A DNA stretch of 64,000 nt from Minisyncoccia bacterium (GTDB lineage Bacteria; Patescibacteriota; Minisyncoccia; Phycocordibacterales; UBA9973), in assembly GCA_044228545.1 (NCBI GenBank), contig JBGAUR010000001.1, forward strand, positions 450 to 64,449. Direction: 5' to 3'. Position numbers and translations under genes: made by a program. The notes under the pieces were generated by a model. That model was given only the letters and a program-made list of their open reading frames with translations, made no database searches and was not told where the DNA came from. The stretch's first letter is position 1; every line of letters starts with the position of its first letter. Shown piece by piece: positions 1 through 9,771 of the stretch.

Positions 1-505
1 TGTAAACAACTTGGAGCATTCCTGAACCCAGGATGTGGCCCGCGTCTTTGAATGAAAATTGAAAACCGTGATCCACATTCAGAACTTGATGGTAATCTAG
101 TGTTTCCCAGAGGTCTAAAGCTTTTCTAGTATTTTCTTCTGTATATATTTCATCGAGACCGTGATCTTTATCCCGAGAAAGTAAGTGATTAGTATCGGCA
201 AGCATTACTTCGGCAATATCTTTTGTAGGAATAGTGGAGATGATCCTACCCTTGAAACCTTCACTTATTATCTTTGGTATCCTACCTATGTGATCGATAT
301 GCCCATGGGTTATAAAAAGTATATCTATTTCAGATACTGGGTAGTTGAAAGGGTCCCAGTTTACACTTTCTGCAAGTTGCTCACCTTGGATCAAACCACA
401 ATCTATTAAAAATTTTTTACCATTGCCTTCGATTAAGAAATTTGCACCAGTCACAGTCGCAGTCCCAGAACAAAAGGTCACTTTCAGATTCTTGTCATTT
501 GCCAT
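1..505 (-). CDS. MBL-fold metallo-hydrolase (beta-CASP RNase family), 5' part, runs off window
   Basis: Own translation from ATG at 505: MANDKNLKVTFCSGTATVTGANFLI..LIDCGLIQG..THGHIDHIGRIP..DAGHILGS; HxHxDH and AGHILGS motifs. Not in the ORF track because it is truncated. Confidence 0.85.
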   Translation of the reverse strand, partial: MANDKNLKVTFCSGTATVTGANFLIEGNGKKFLIDCGLIQGEQLAESVNWDPFNYPVSEIDILFITHGHIDHIGRIPKIISEGFKGRIISTIPTKDIAEVMLADTNHLLSRDKDHGLDEIYTEENTRKALDLWETLDYHQVLNVDHGFQFSFKDAGHILGSGMLQVVY

Positions 506-574
506 ATGTGTCATATTATACCTTAAATATCAAAATTATCTAAAAAATAACCTTATTTTCTAGTAAAAACAAAA

Positions 575-600
575 AATTCTTCCGAAAATGTGGAAGAATT
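575..600 (-). terminator. Intrinsic terminator of the 6S-like RNA
   Basis: AATTCTTCC/GGAAGAATT 9-bp stem, followed on the minus strand by TTTTG. Confidence 0.6.
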
Positions 601-606
601 ACTTGT

Positions 607-758
607 TAGGACTATTTGAAGGATATTACCATAGCCGTTAAGCTAAGTGGGACTGGGGATGATAGGGATTTGTTCACATTAATAACGTTACAGCACTCTA
701 TCAAAACACTCTGTCCCCTATAAAATATGATCTAGGTAATACAAATCAAATAACCCTA
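607..758 (-). ncRNA. 6S RNA-like long irregular hairpin
   Basis: 5' UAGGGUUAUUUGA pairs with 3' UCAAAUAGUCCUA; GUAUUACC/GGUAAUAU; central bubble; GGGAC/GUCCC; UGAUAG/CUAUCA. Promoter TTGCAG-16-TATACT at 791-764, terminator downstream, no credible ORF. Confidence 0.6.
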
Positions 759-844
759 CTTAAAGTATACCTACCTGGGAGAACTCTGCAAGTTTTTTTC
801 TAAAAAAACACACTTTTGACATAGTTTCAAGTTAGATTCAGAGT

Positions 845-1495
845 TTAAATTTCAAAATTTTTCAATTCTTCGATAATTTCTTTTACTGATTCATCATTTA
901 TATCTTCTGATTTAATATTTGAGTGAGAAAAAATATATTTTTCTATATCTCTACCGCAATTTACCAATCTATCACGTTCTTCTTCGTGCACACTTAGTTT
1001 GTGACCCTTGTATCTTTTACTTGCATCATTCATTCGTTCGTCATATGAAAGAATTCCGTGTGGACCAACTCGTCCATCCGCATAGTGAATCAATTTTTGA
1101 ATAAGATCGCCTTCCTTGCTATGCTTACACATAAAAGAAAATCTATTTTCTCCAGCCAAATATCTAACTTTCTCTGATAAACCAAGTTCTTCTATGATTT
1201 TAATTGTTGCTTCATGCTCATCTTCTCCATATTTATTAATAAATTCTTTTTTTACAATTCTTACATCTTCCACTTCTATATCTGAAAGTCCAAAGACTGA
1301 TTTAGTTTGGTCTAAATTAAATTTTATTACATTACCCATGTCATGTAGTAGACAAGTTGTGATGATTAATTTTTTATCCAGTTTTAAATCTAGAGAATCA
1401 CATACAATAGAAGCAACAGCTGCTACTCGCAACTGGTGCATTTGTAAATGTGGCATTATTTTATATTCTTTGTATATATCAGTAATTTTCCTCAT
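845..1495 (-). CDS. HD-domain phosphohydrolase
   Basis: H(QLRV)..LLHDMGN..H..YADGR HD-family motifs. Confidence 0.75.
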   Translation of the reverse strand: MRKITDIYKEYKIMPHLQMHQLRVAAVASIVCDSLDLKLDKKLIITTCLLHDMGNVIKFNLDQTKSVFGLSDIEVEDVRIVKKEFINKYGEDEHEATIKIIEELGLSEKVRYLAGENRFSFMCKHSKEGDLIQKLIHYADGRVGPHGILSYDERMNDASKRYKGHKLSVHEEERDRLVNCGRDIEKYIFSHSNIKSEDINDESVKEIIEELKNFEI

Positions 1496-1499
1496 AAAA

Positions 1500-2039
1500 T
1501 TAAAATCTCATATCATTCCAATCAAGACCATATCTCTCACGAATTAATTTAGTTTCACCTTGTGATAACGCTTCATACTCAACTAAATCAAGTAATTTAA
1601 TAGCTTCACCAACGTGCTCTTCACTACTACCTTCTATCTCAAGATAAGCTGGCATTTTAGGATATTGATCAAGATCAAAAATCCAATCTTTATATGTAAA
1701 AGATACTCGGTCTTTTTCTTGATGAGCATAGTGAACCAACCCAATCGCTTCTAGAATTAGCTTAGCATTATTAAAATCAGAAACATCAATATTTACTTCC
1801 TTAGATTGTCTAGTATTTCCAACAAATGTTTCTAAAGATTTCCATGTTATTTCATTTTTTCCATCGGTAGTACTACGAACCCTTAAGTACCAAGGATGAC
1901 TACCTTTTAGAGCTTCTTCTGTACAATACCAATCAACCGTGAGTCTGGTATCTTTTACTCTTATAGCACCTAAATTCTCTAATTTAGCTAAAATTAAATC
2001 TTTATCAATCTCTAATACCTTTGTTTCAATCTCGTGCAT
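1500..2039 (-). CDS. CYTH domain protein (class IV adenylate cyclase-like / triphosphate tunnel)
   Basis: EIETK, YLRVR, EKDR, DLD, YLEIEG motifs. Confidence 0.8.
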   Translation of the reverse strand: MHEIETKVLEIDKDLILAKLENLGAIRVKDTRLTVDWYCTEEALKGSHPWYLRVRSTTDGKNEITWKSLETFVGNTRQSKEVNIDVSDFNNAKLILEAIGLVHYAHQEKDRVSFTYKDWIFDLDQYPKMPAYLEIEGSSEEHVGEAIKLLDLVEYEALSQGETKLIRERYGLDWNDMRF

Positions 2040-2043
2040 AAAA

Positions 2044-2595
2044 TTAACTCATTCCATACTTCTCAAAAAGCATAATATCGTACTTTCCATCTATAATATG
2101 GTCATCTTTAGTAATACCTAAATCACCAAGAAAAGAAAAAAGTTCTTCTTGAATTTTAATCCGAGCTTCTGGGTCTGATGTTTCAACTATTTTCTCAACC
2201 TCAATAAATTCACCCAACCCTTCCACTAAATCAAGTACAATTTCCATATCATTCAAAGTGGTTTTTACTCTTTTCTTTTCAACTGTTGGAACCTGTTTAT
2301 ACCCAATTAATTTTATAACTTCAAGCATTTCATTGCCATCTGATATTTCAAATTCTTTTTCAATACAATCCTGTCTACTTGACTGTGGTATTTTTAGAGT
2401 AAATAGATGTGACTCATTTTGTTTACGTACTCTAAGTACCGGCACACCTAGTGGTGGAGGGAAAATTTCTTTTTCCGGTATAAATATATAATCAATCTGA
2501 TGTAATTCCTCACCGAACACACACCCTAGGGTTTGAAGTTTTTGTATTATCTCTTCTCTATTATTTAGCCTGGCTTTAATCTCCACTTCGTACAT
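2044..2595 (-). CDS. CYTH domain protein (CyaB-like)
   Basis: EVEIKA, QIDY, LRVR, TLK, EKKR, LGEFIEVE, KY motifs. Confidence 0.85.
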   Translation of the reverse strand: MYEVEIKARLNNREEIIQKLQTLGCVFGEELHQIDYIFIPEKEIFPPPLGVPVLRVRKQNESHLFTLKIPQSSRQDCIEKEFEISDGNEMLEVIKLIGYKQVPTVEKKRVKTTLNDMEIVLDLVEGLGEFIEVEKIVETSDPEARIKIQEELFSFLGDLGITKDDHIIDGKYDIMLFEKYGMS

Positions 2596-2605
2596 GGTCT
2601 TAATA

Positions 2606-2635
2606 TAACATAAAATCCCCTTTCGGGGATTTTAT
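2606..2635 (-). terminator. Terminator after ndk; identical 30-bp copy at 16850-16879
   Basis: ATAAAATCCCC-GAAA-GGGGATTTTAT hairpin. Confidence 0.75.
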
Positions 2636-2644
2636 TAGATTTAA

Positions 2645-3229
2645 TTATTCATCAACACCAAAGCGTTTGTAATCCATAAGTTTTATATCACCAAACCAAT
2701 GTTTAATTTCATGTTCAGCTTCTTCTGGAGTCTCTGAACAGTGGACGATATTCATAACTGCGCGTTTTTCCATGTTTGCAAGCGCAGGACTGTCGATTGA
2801 GAAATCTCCACGGATTGTTCCCATTTCAGCTTTGTAAGGCATAGTATCACCTGCAACTTTACGAACGACATCAACAGCGTGAACTCCTTTTACAACCATT
2901 TTTACAAGTGGAGCTGAAGTCATATAATCTATAAGCCATTTACGTATTTCAGGGCCAATCTTAGCAGCTTCTGTTGTGCCAAAATCTTTCATAGCATCAT
3001 AACCATATTTCTCATAAGTAGTTAGTGTTTTATTTCCAAGACGTGTTATCCACTCTTCACTTTTTGGATAGTGATCATTAACTTTATCAAATTCTGGGAC
3101 AAACATTTCAAGTGCGACAATCTTAAGATCTCGTTGTTCAAAACGCTTGATAACTTCACCGATTAAGCCTTTTTTAACTCCATCTGGCTTCATCATGACA
3201 TATGTAACTTCTTCTTTTGGGTGTTTCAT
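2645..3229 (-). CDS. ndk: Nucleoside diphosphate kinase
   Basis: TYVMMKPDGV, GTIRGDF, NIVHCSE; likely start MKHPKEE at 3229. Confidence 0.92.
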   Translation of the reverse strand: MKHPKEEVTYVMMKPDGVKKGLIGEVIKRFEQRDLKIVALEMFVPEFDKVNDHYPKSEEWITRLGNKTLTTYEKYGYDAMKDFGTTEAAKIGPEIRKWLIDYMTSAPLVKMVVKGVHAVDVVRKVAGDTMPYKAEMGTIRGDFSIDSPALANMEKRAVMNIVHCSETPEEAEHEIKHWFGDIKLMDYKRFGVDE

Positions 3230-3302
3230 ATAAATAAAAAATCGCTTTCGCGGTTGTAATAATATACTCAAACTATAGCAAAAATCGGGGTATTTTGCAA
3301 TT

Positions 3303-3875
3303 TTACTTTTTTACCTGTTTTTCGAAAGTAAACACTGAATAGTCATGTGGGTTTACATCGTAATTATGCAAAACTTGTAGCGCTGAACACACAACATGGT
3401 CCTCCCATTTAAAACCAAGTTTATCTGAGATTTCTTTTATTTCTTCAATTGTATCCCCCTCCAACTCTATATATGGAGGTATTAACGGCCACTCATCTAT
3501 ATCACATTCTATATTGTCTAAAATATATCTTGTTCTTATTCTCTCCTCATATACTTTTGGAACTAATCCTATTTCTTCAAGAAGCTGGGATGTTTTGTCG
3601 AAATCTGAAACTTCGACTTCGATTTCTTTCATCCCTTGATCTTTTAGAGGATTATTTCCCACTCCTAATCTTTCTTTATAGCTAAGAGTTATTCTGTTCC
3701 CTTCATCTCTAAGTCTAACCCAAGCATTTCGTTCTTTTGAAAGTTTTAAATTGGGAAAATCGTAGGGTTTAAGTCTATAATCAAATCTACCTACAAGAAC
3801 GGCTCCTAGATTTTTTAAATCTTCTTCAATTTTATCTTTATTAATATTTAGAAATTTTACTTCTATTTCTTCCAT
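3303..3875 (-). CDS. CYTH domain protein
   Basis: EIEVKF, WVRLRD, EIEVEV, DIDEWP, YIELEG. Confidence 0.8.
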   Translation of the reverse strand: MEEIEVKFLNINKDKIEEDLKNLGAVLVGRFDYRLKPYDFPNLKLSKERNAWVRLRDEGNRITLSYKERLGVGNNPLKDQGMKEIEVEVSDFDKTSQLLEEIGLVPKVYEERIRTRYILDNIECDIDEWPLIPPYIELEGDTIEEIKEISDKLGFKWEDHVVCSALQVLHNYDVNPHDYSVFTFEKQVKK

Positions 3876-6610
3876 TATCCTTGTTGTCTATACTTTGACA
3901 TTATTTCCTCTTCTACTTCTGCACGCTCGCGACCAAATTTTAGATATGAAAGTTCTTTGATTTTTTCTACAATTTCCATATTGCCTTGTGGAGGCGGGAA
4001 TGTTCCCATATTAAAGGGTTTTGTTGGCTGACCTGCCACTAGCATCGATACATAAGCATTTCTATTCTCTATTTTCATTATATCCGCAGAGGTAAATATA
4101 GGTTTAAACTTACTCTCTAGGAATTGTGCATCTTCCGCTCCAACACGGAAAACTGTCATTGAGCCGACGTTACCAAAAACTGCATTCTTGATATTGTCCT
4201 CAAGTTGAGCGATGTATTGGTGGGCAACAGTTAGAGAAAGTCTATACTTACGAGCCTCTGACAAGATAGACTCAATTGAATCCGTAGTAACATTTTGGAA
4301 CTCGTCTATATATAGGAAGAAATCTTGCATCTTTTTTCCATACATATCTACACGTGAAAGTGCAGCCATCTGAATTTTGTTTACTATTAGAAGCCCGATA
4401 AGGTTAGCATTTATATCACCAAGGCGACCTTTTGAAAGGTTTACCAATAGAATCTTTTTATTGTCCATTATATCTCGGAAGTTAAATACAGATTTTTCCT
4501 GAAGAACAACTGGACGCATAATATCGTTGGAAATAAAGTTGTCGAATTTTGAAGTGATATATGGTACGAAGTTCGCAAGGGATTGATCCCCTGTTGTTTG
4601 TTCTGCTCCTTTCCAGAACTGCGTAATGATAGGATTTTTACAATGAGAAAGCTTCATGTCACGGAACTCTTTGTCGGCAAGCACTCTTCCAATTTCTAAA
4701 AGTGTTGAACCAGACTCTGGATGTTCCATAACAAGAAATGCTGAATTCTTGAAATATTGTTCAAACATTGGTCCTCCTGATGTCTTCATATCAAAAAGCT
4801 TGTTGAATATATTCATCAGCTCATTGACTACAAAAGTCTTCTGTTCTGGGTATTTAGGATCATATTCGAGCATGTTTAGACCCATAGGACGAGCAGTGTA
4901 AGCAGGATCAAAATATATAACGTCATCTATGCGTTCCTTTGGAATATAACTCAAAATATCTTGAATATCTGTTCCATGAGGGTCAATATAGCAAACACCG
5001 TGGCCTGCCTTAATATCCTGAGCTATCATATTCTTCATGATTGTCGTCTTACCTGTACCTGTCTGACCTATCACATATAAGTGTCGCATACGGTCTTCGT
5101 CTGCAAAGTGAATGGCTGTATCTTTACCTCTGTAACTGTTAACTCCGAGTATAACGCCTTGTTCCCCCATTTCGATAGGCGCAGGGGCAATACCGGCTTT
5201 TGCTTGCTTGAGTTGAGGAGATGAAGTGATACCGTGTGGGAAGTGGAAGACTGTTGCAAGTTCTTTAAGATTTAGTGGCATTGAATATTCATCGGAAAAG
5301 GTACGGTAAGAAAAATCATGAGTTAATTGGTTTAGATCTTTACCTTGTGGGTGGTTCCAATTGAAACCATTGCGATCAGACTCTGTAAATTGATTGAATG
5401 ATGACTCGATATCTGAAAGAATTTGTTTAGCTCTCAGACTACTCTCAGCTGAAGCAATCACCCGAATATTACAAGCCATTATAGTGCTCTTCATTTTTTC
5501 AGTAATATTCTCTACTGCTTTATCGTTAACCTTTTTCTCTTCTTTGTTTTTTGATTGTCCAAATACAAGCTCTTTGGCAATAGAGCCTAGGCCTTTAGTA
5601 AACTGCCTTGTCATACTTGAAGCTGTGCGCACTGACATCCCCTCTTTTACATCTCCGAGTATTATGTGGAACTTTCTGATAATGTCATCATCTTCTGGGC
5701 AAATAGTAAACTGAATTGCTGCTCCTTCTCCAGATTTTTTGAGCTTAGTGAAGACATTGAGAATAATATTTAGTGGATCGTGATCTATAGCATCATAAAG
5801 CTTTATCGGATAAACTTCGTGATGAGCAAGTGTTGCATAAGAAGCTACCACTGAGCCACTGTCAGTAAATATATTATAGTCATCTGGCGCTTCATTTATC
5901 TTTGCACTAGGGTGGACACCTAAAAGTTGTTTTTCAAAAAGATCTGCTTTGTGTGTTGGCACTGCAGTGTAGAAAACAAAGTGATCAGTATCTTCAGCTA
6001 ATGCAATCTCTAGTGTAAAATGGTTACGATTATAATTCTGCCTACCTTCACCTACTGAATGCATTCCGGCATAAAATTGCTCCATAGCAGAGAGTAACTC
6101 TTTTAAACCTTTTTTTTCTTTCTCATCATTTGTTGGATCAGGTAAAGTAATCTCAAATAACTTCATATCGAGCGATTTGAAGAGTGGAGTACTTTCTTTG
6201 AGTCCAGGGATTTTATGCCTACTATATAAATATTGAACTAGGAATCTATGAAAATCATCATCAAGGTGAGGATTGTTCATCTTAGCCACTATTGAAAGCG
6301 CTGTTGAGATGCCTTTATCTAATAGAATTCCTAACATCTCTTCCATCTTATTATCGTGCGATTCAGGGTGGAGTCTAAGCACCAAGTCATTCGCATCAAC
6401 ATCTTCCATGACAGCACTTTTATGCATTACTTCTTGTGGTTCATATTTCTTATACTCTTGGATAACATCATGAGCAAGATTTTCTTTTGAATAATCTTGT
6501 CCTTGATCTATGAGAGCTTTTTCTTTTTCAGCAATATGGGCACGCAAAAATTCAAGCTCCTCTTCCGGAGTCTTGAACTTTGGAGCATTGTTTAAATTAA
6601 AACCTTCCAT
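3875..6610 (-). CDS. TraD/VirD4/HerA-like P-loop ATPase (T4SS coupling-protein-like, common in CPR)
   Basis: RHLYVIGQTGTGKT Walker A, YIDPHG, LYIDEFQN, SEARKY..AHQY; likely start MEGFN at 6610. Confidence 0.8.
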   Translation of the reverse strand: MEGFNLNNAPKFKTPEEELEFLRAHIAEKEKALIDQGQDYSKENLAHDVIQEYKKYEPQEVMHKSAVMEDVDANDLVLRLHPESHDNKMEEMLGILLDKGISTALSIVAKMNNPHLDDDFHRFLVQYLYSRHKIPGLKESTPLFKSLDMKLFEITLPDPTNDEKEKKGLKELLSAMEQFYAGMHSVGEGRQNYNRNHFTLEIALAEDTDHFVFYTAVPTHKADLFEKQLLGVHPSAKINEAPDDYNIFTDSGSVVASYATLAHHEVYPIKLYDAIDHDPLNIILNVFTKLKKSGEGAAIQFTICPEDDDIIRKFHIILGDVKEGMSVRTASSMTRQFTKGLGSIAKELVFGQSKNKEEKKVNDKAVENITEKMKSTIMACNIRVIASAESSLRAKQILSDIESSFNQFTESDRNGFNWNHPQGKDLNQLTHDFSYRTFSDEYSMPLNLKELATVFHFPHGITSSPQLKQAKAGIAPAPIEMGEQGVILGVNSYRGKDTAIHFADEDRMRHLYVIGQTGTGKTTIMKNMIAQDIKAGHGVCYIDPHGTDIQDILSYIPKERIDDVIYFDPAYTARPMGLNMLEYDPKYPEQKTFVVNELMNIFNKLFDMKTSGGPMFEQYFKNSAFLVMEHPESGSTLLEIGRVLADKEFRDMKLSHCKNPIITQFWKGAEQTTGDQSLANFVPYITSKFDNFISNDIMRPVVLQEKSVFNFRDIMDNKKILLVNLSKGRLGDINANLIGLLIVNKIQMAALSRVDMYGKKMQDFFLYIDEFQNVTTDSIESILSEARKYRLSLTVAHQYIAQLEDNIKNAVFGNVGSMTVFRVGAEDAQFLESKFKPIFTSADIMKIENRNAYVSMLVAGQPTKPFNMGTFPPPQGNMEIVEKIKELSYLKFGRERAEVEEEIMSKYRQQG

Positions 6611-6702
6611 TAAAACTATTATATCATAAAGATTTTTATAAACTGATATAAAAAAAGCCGGAGTGCGTCCGGCTGGCAAGTTGGCAATCCTATTTGGTAG
6701 GA

Positions 6703-7194
6703 TTAAAACCTTTTTGCCATAAATTCTTTCGGGTTTTGGATGAATTCCAATAATGAGAGACCATGGAGTCCGGCTGCTTGGGACCAGTCATTAGATATCT
6801 CAAACATTGATTTACCATCTTTCCGGAATGTAGCTATTGCAATTTGTTTAAAAAGCACAGCCCCTTTCATCTCTGAAAGGAATTCCAGTTGACCCATTAT
6901 TGTTGGATTCTTGACCATGAAATCAACACGGCCGATTTTAAAGAAAGTTGAAACTTCGCCGGTATTCCTGGGAGAAAGCACAGACGTAAAATCCATACCA
7001 TTTCCGCCAAGTTTATTAAGCTGATCAATTTTGTTCCAGATGTTCTCAGAAACAACTTTTAAACCAGCTAAGCCGGGAATTTCAGCAGCCTCTTCACTGT
7101 TGTTTTCAACTAATGAAAAGCTGCATTCAAATTTACTGAATTTACCCAGGAAGAAATTCAAAACCTCTTCAAGGGAGAAGTACTCATATGTCAT
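6703..7194 (-). CDS. Hypothetical orphan protein
   Basis: 163-aa ORF with its own TTGACA-17-TTTAAT promoter (about 7230-7258) and a terminator at 6651-6674. Confidence 0.6.
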   Translation of the reverse strand: MTYEYFSLEEVLNFFLGKFSKFECSFSLVENNSEEAAEIPGLAGLKVVSENIWNKIDQLNKLGGNGMDFTSVLSPRNTGEVSTFFKIGRVDFMVKNPTIMGQLEFLSEMKGAVLFKQIAIATFRKDGKSMFEISNDWSQAAGLHGLSLLEFIQNPKEFMAKRF

Positions 7195-7263
7195 AACAGA
7201 AAGGTTTTAGTTATTTGAAACTTGTTTAAATTAAAGCATTTTTTATTACTTTTGTCAATATAC

Positions 7264-8031
7264 CTATCCTATAGTCAAAATCTCTGCATCACCTTCTGTT
7301 ATGAGAACTGTATGTTCGAAATGGGCGCTACGAGAACCATCAACTGTTTTTATCGTATATCCATCTGGAAGGGTCATGATAGCAGCTCTGCCTATATTTA
7401 GCATCGGTTCTATTGCAATAACCATACCAGGAACTAACTTCTCTCCTTTCCCGGGTTTGCCAAAGTTTGGAATAAATGGATCTTCATGAATCTTTTTACC
7501 GACACCGTGCCCAGAGAGTTCCTTTACTATCCCGTATTTTTTACCAACAAATTTTTCAATTGCATGACCAATATCGCCTACAGTATTACCACCTACCGCT
7601 TGCTCAATACCAACAAGTAGGGCTTCATGGGTAATTTCTAAAAGTTTTTGTGATGCTTTAGGAACTTTGCCTACAGGTACAGTAATAGCATGATCTGTAA
7701 AAAGTCCTTTGTGTTTTATGCCAAGATCAATTGATATAATGTCTCCTTCTTTTAGAATTTTATTTTCACCTGGAATCCCGTGCACAATTTCATTATTAAC
7801 TGAAGTGCAGAGAGATGCTGGATAAGCTTTATTTTGTCCTTCTGGTTTATAGTTTAAAAATGCTGGCTCATCGCCACCTTCTTTTATGAGTTTGTAGGCA
7901 TATTCATCTAGTTCTTTTGTAGTAACTCCAGGAGCTACTTTTTTAGCCACTTTCGCTAAAATAGAGGCCAATCTATGCCCCCCTTCTCTAAGTATTTCAA
8001 TCTCTTCTTTGGTTTTAATAATCACTACCAT
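7264..8031 (-). CDS. map: Methionine aminopeptidase type I
   Basis: HGIP, D..D, GHGVG..HEDP, IEPM, AHFEHT. Confidence 0.95.
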   Translation of the reverse strand: MVVIIKTKEEIEILREGGHRLASILAKVAKKVAPGVTTKELDEYAYKLIKEGGDEPAFLNYKPEGQNKAYPASLCTSVNNEIVHGIPGENKILKEGDIISIDLGIKHKGLFTDHAITVPVGKVPKASQKLLEITHEALLVGIEQAVGGNTVGDIGHAIEKFVGKKYGIVKELSGHGVGKKIHEDPFIPNFGKPGKGEKLVPGMVIAIEPMLNIGRAAIMTLPDGYTIKTVDGSRSAHFEHTVLITEGDAEILTIG

Positions 8032-8078
8032 ATACGGCTTATACTATATAAATATAGTACATTATGCAATATATAAAT

Positions 8079-9767
8079 TTATTCAAACTCTTTTTTGTAT
8101 TCTTCAACATCCCATACCTTCTCCAAAGATTCTTGCGAATAAGAACTTATTATATTATTACCTGACTTATCACTTTTACGATTGAAGAGTCTAAAGGAGC
8201 TTGCCATAGTATGGCGTTTTTTGTGTCTCTCATAGAAGGACTCTCTAGGTAATGGAATTTTATATTTGCGGTAAAAAGAAAGCTCTTGCTCTGTAATTTT
8301 ATATCTTTTATTTGATAATTTAGATAGAATAACCTCGTTCACAATATCATCACCAACATCAAGAATAGAGTCAGGGAGCTCCTCTGCTTTGATTGTATGA
8401 TCAAATATTTGATCCTCTGTTTTATCTTCATATCTAAAACCATGCAAATTTATTTCATCCTTTGTAAGCGGATATAACTCTTGAGCTTCTGTGTCTAGAT
8501 AAGGGAAATAAGATAATTCGGTAGGTAAATAATCTCCGAAAACATATTTATTCCCTTTTTTATCAATATATGGCATGTCAGACATGTGCTTTTTTATTTC
8601 TTCAACTAACTTTAAATATTCTTCTTTTGTATATTGCTTATTCAAAATACAATATTCTGCATCTTTTAAACCATTACAACCAAAACAATTTTTACTTCTA
8701 TAAATTTGACTCACATATGTCACATCCTGACAGTTCCACGCTGAATAACTACCAATAATATTAGAAGAGAAGGCTGGGAGATCTGATTCATAAGCAAGCT
8801 CTGATCCTCCACCAGCATCAGTATCATAGGAATCTCTTGCTCCATCAGCATAGTTATCGAATCTACAATTTTCACTCGAAAGCATTAAAAAAGAATCTTT
8901 ACAGTTATGACAATTAGTCAAAAGGTCACCAGAACAGTCAACGCAATTAACCATCCTGACAGCTTTTCTGGGATGAGTATTTAAAATGGGTTCAAATTCT
9001 TTCTTAGCTCTTTCAACCCCAGAGTAAGTATGCAAAGCATATTCTTTCATCAGCTCTTCATATTTTTCTTTACCAACATCTTCATTTTTAAAAAAATATG
9101 ATTTTCCTCGAAGCCCTGTGCACATAAAACAGTGGTTACAATTTCGGCAATCATAACAGAAGGCAGAATCTGAACATGATCGTGAATCATACACATATCT
9201 ACATTGATAACAATGTTCAGTGTTTACAGTTTCGTAATTGCCTTCATCTTTCCCAAAGCTCGTATGCACATCTACTAAGTCCTTACTATTTACAACATAG
9301 AAAGAATACATAACATTCTCAAGCTTCCAAGCCTTTATCACTAAATAGCAATCTTTTCCCATTGCAAAGTCATTTGTATACATACAATTAGTACTCAGTA
9401 ATCCATCATCTGTATCCATTGCTGGTTTCGGAACAGTTTTTATTAAATCAACATATTGCTCAAAAAATGAACGGGAAAAATCATAGTCCCTTCCATAATC
9501 AAAAGCGTTCCATTGATCGGAATGCCATAATTTAGGAGTATATACGGTAATATCAGACTTAGGAGAATATAAAGAGATAACGGAATTCCCTGACAAACCA
9601 CATGTCGATTTATAATAATTAACATAGTTTCTCCAACTAAACCTTCTTTGTCTTCTACATTCTGGGCAAAACGTCGGCGGAGGAACTTTTATTTTTTCAT
9701 AAAAGGAGAAATCATCAACCTCTATATTAAAGGAGTTTTTACAATTCTGACAATTCCTAGTTTCCAT
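8079..9767 (-). CDS. Cys-rich zinc-ribbon/repeat protein, paralog 1
   Basis: CxxC..FY..PPPTFCPECR N-terminus, central CxxC repeats, ILNKQYTKEEY motif shared with 42309 and 60546. Confidence 0.75.
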   Translation of the reverse strand: METRNCQNCKNSFNIEVDDFSFYEKIKVPPPTFCPECRRQRRFSWRNYVNYYKSTCGLSGNSVISLYSPKSDITVYTPKLWHSDQWNAFDYGRDYDFSRSFFEQYVDLIKTVPKPAMDTDDGLLSTNCMYTNDFAMGKDCYLVIKAWKLENVMYSFYVVNSKDLVDVHTSFGKDEGNYETVNTEHCYQCRYVYDSRSCSDSAFCYDCRNCNHCFMCTGLRGKSYFFKNEDVGKEKYEELMKEYALHTYSGVERAKKEFEPILNTHPRKAVRMVNCVDCSGDLLTNCHNCKDSFLMLSSENCRFDNYADGARDSYDTDAGGGSELAYESDLPAFSSNIIGSYSAWNCQDVTYVSQIYRSKNCFGCNGLKDAEYCILNKQYTKEEYLKLVEEIKKHMSDMPYIDKKGNKYVFGDYLPTELSYFPYLDTEAQELYPLTKDEINLHGFRYEDKTEDQIFDHTIKAEELPDSILDVGDDIVNEVILSKLSNKRYKITEQELSFYRKYKIPLPRESFYERHKKRHTMASSFRLFNRKSDKSGNNIISSYSQESLEKVWDVEEYKKEFE

Positions 9768-9771
9768 AAAT

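Noticed and set aside
3875-6610. Conjugative element or ICE
   Set aside because: No relaxase, mating-pair genes or boundaries; this ATPase type is a usual chromosomal CPR gene
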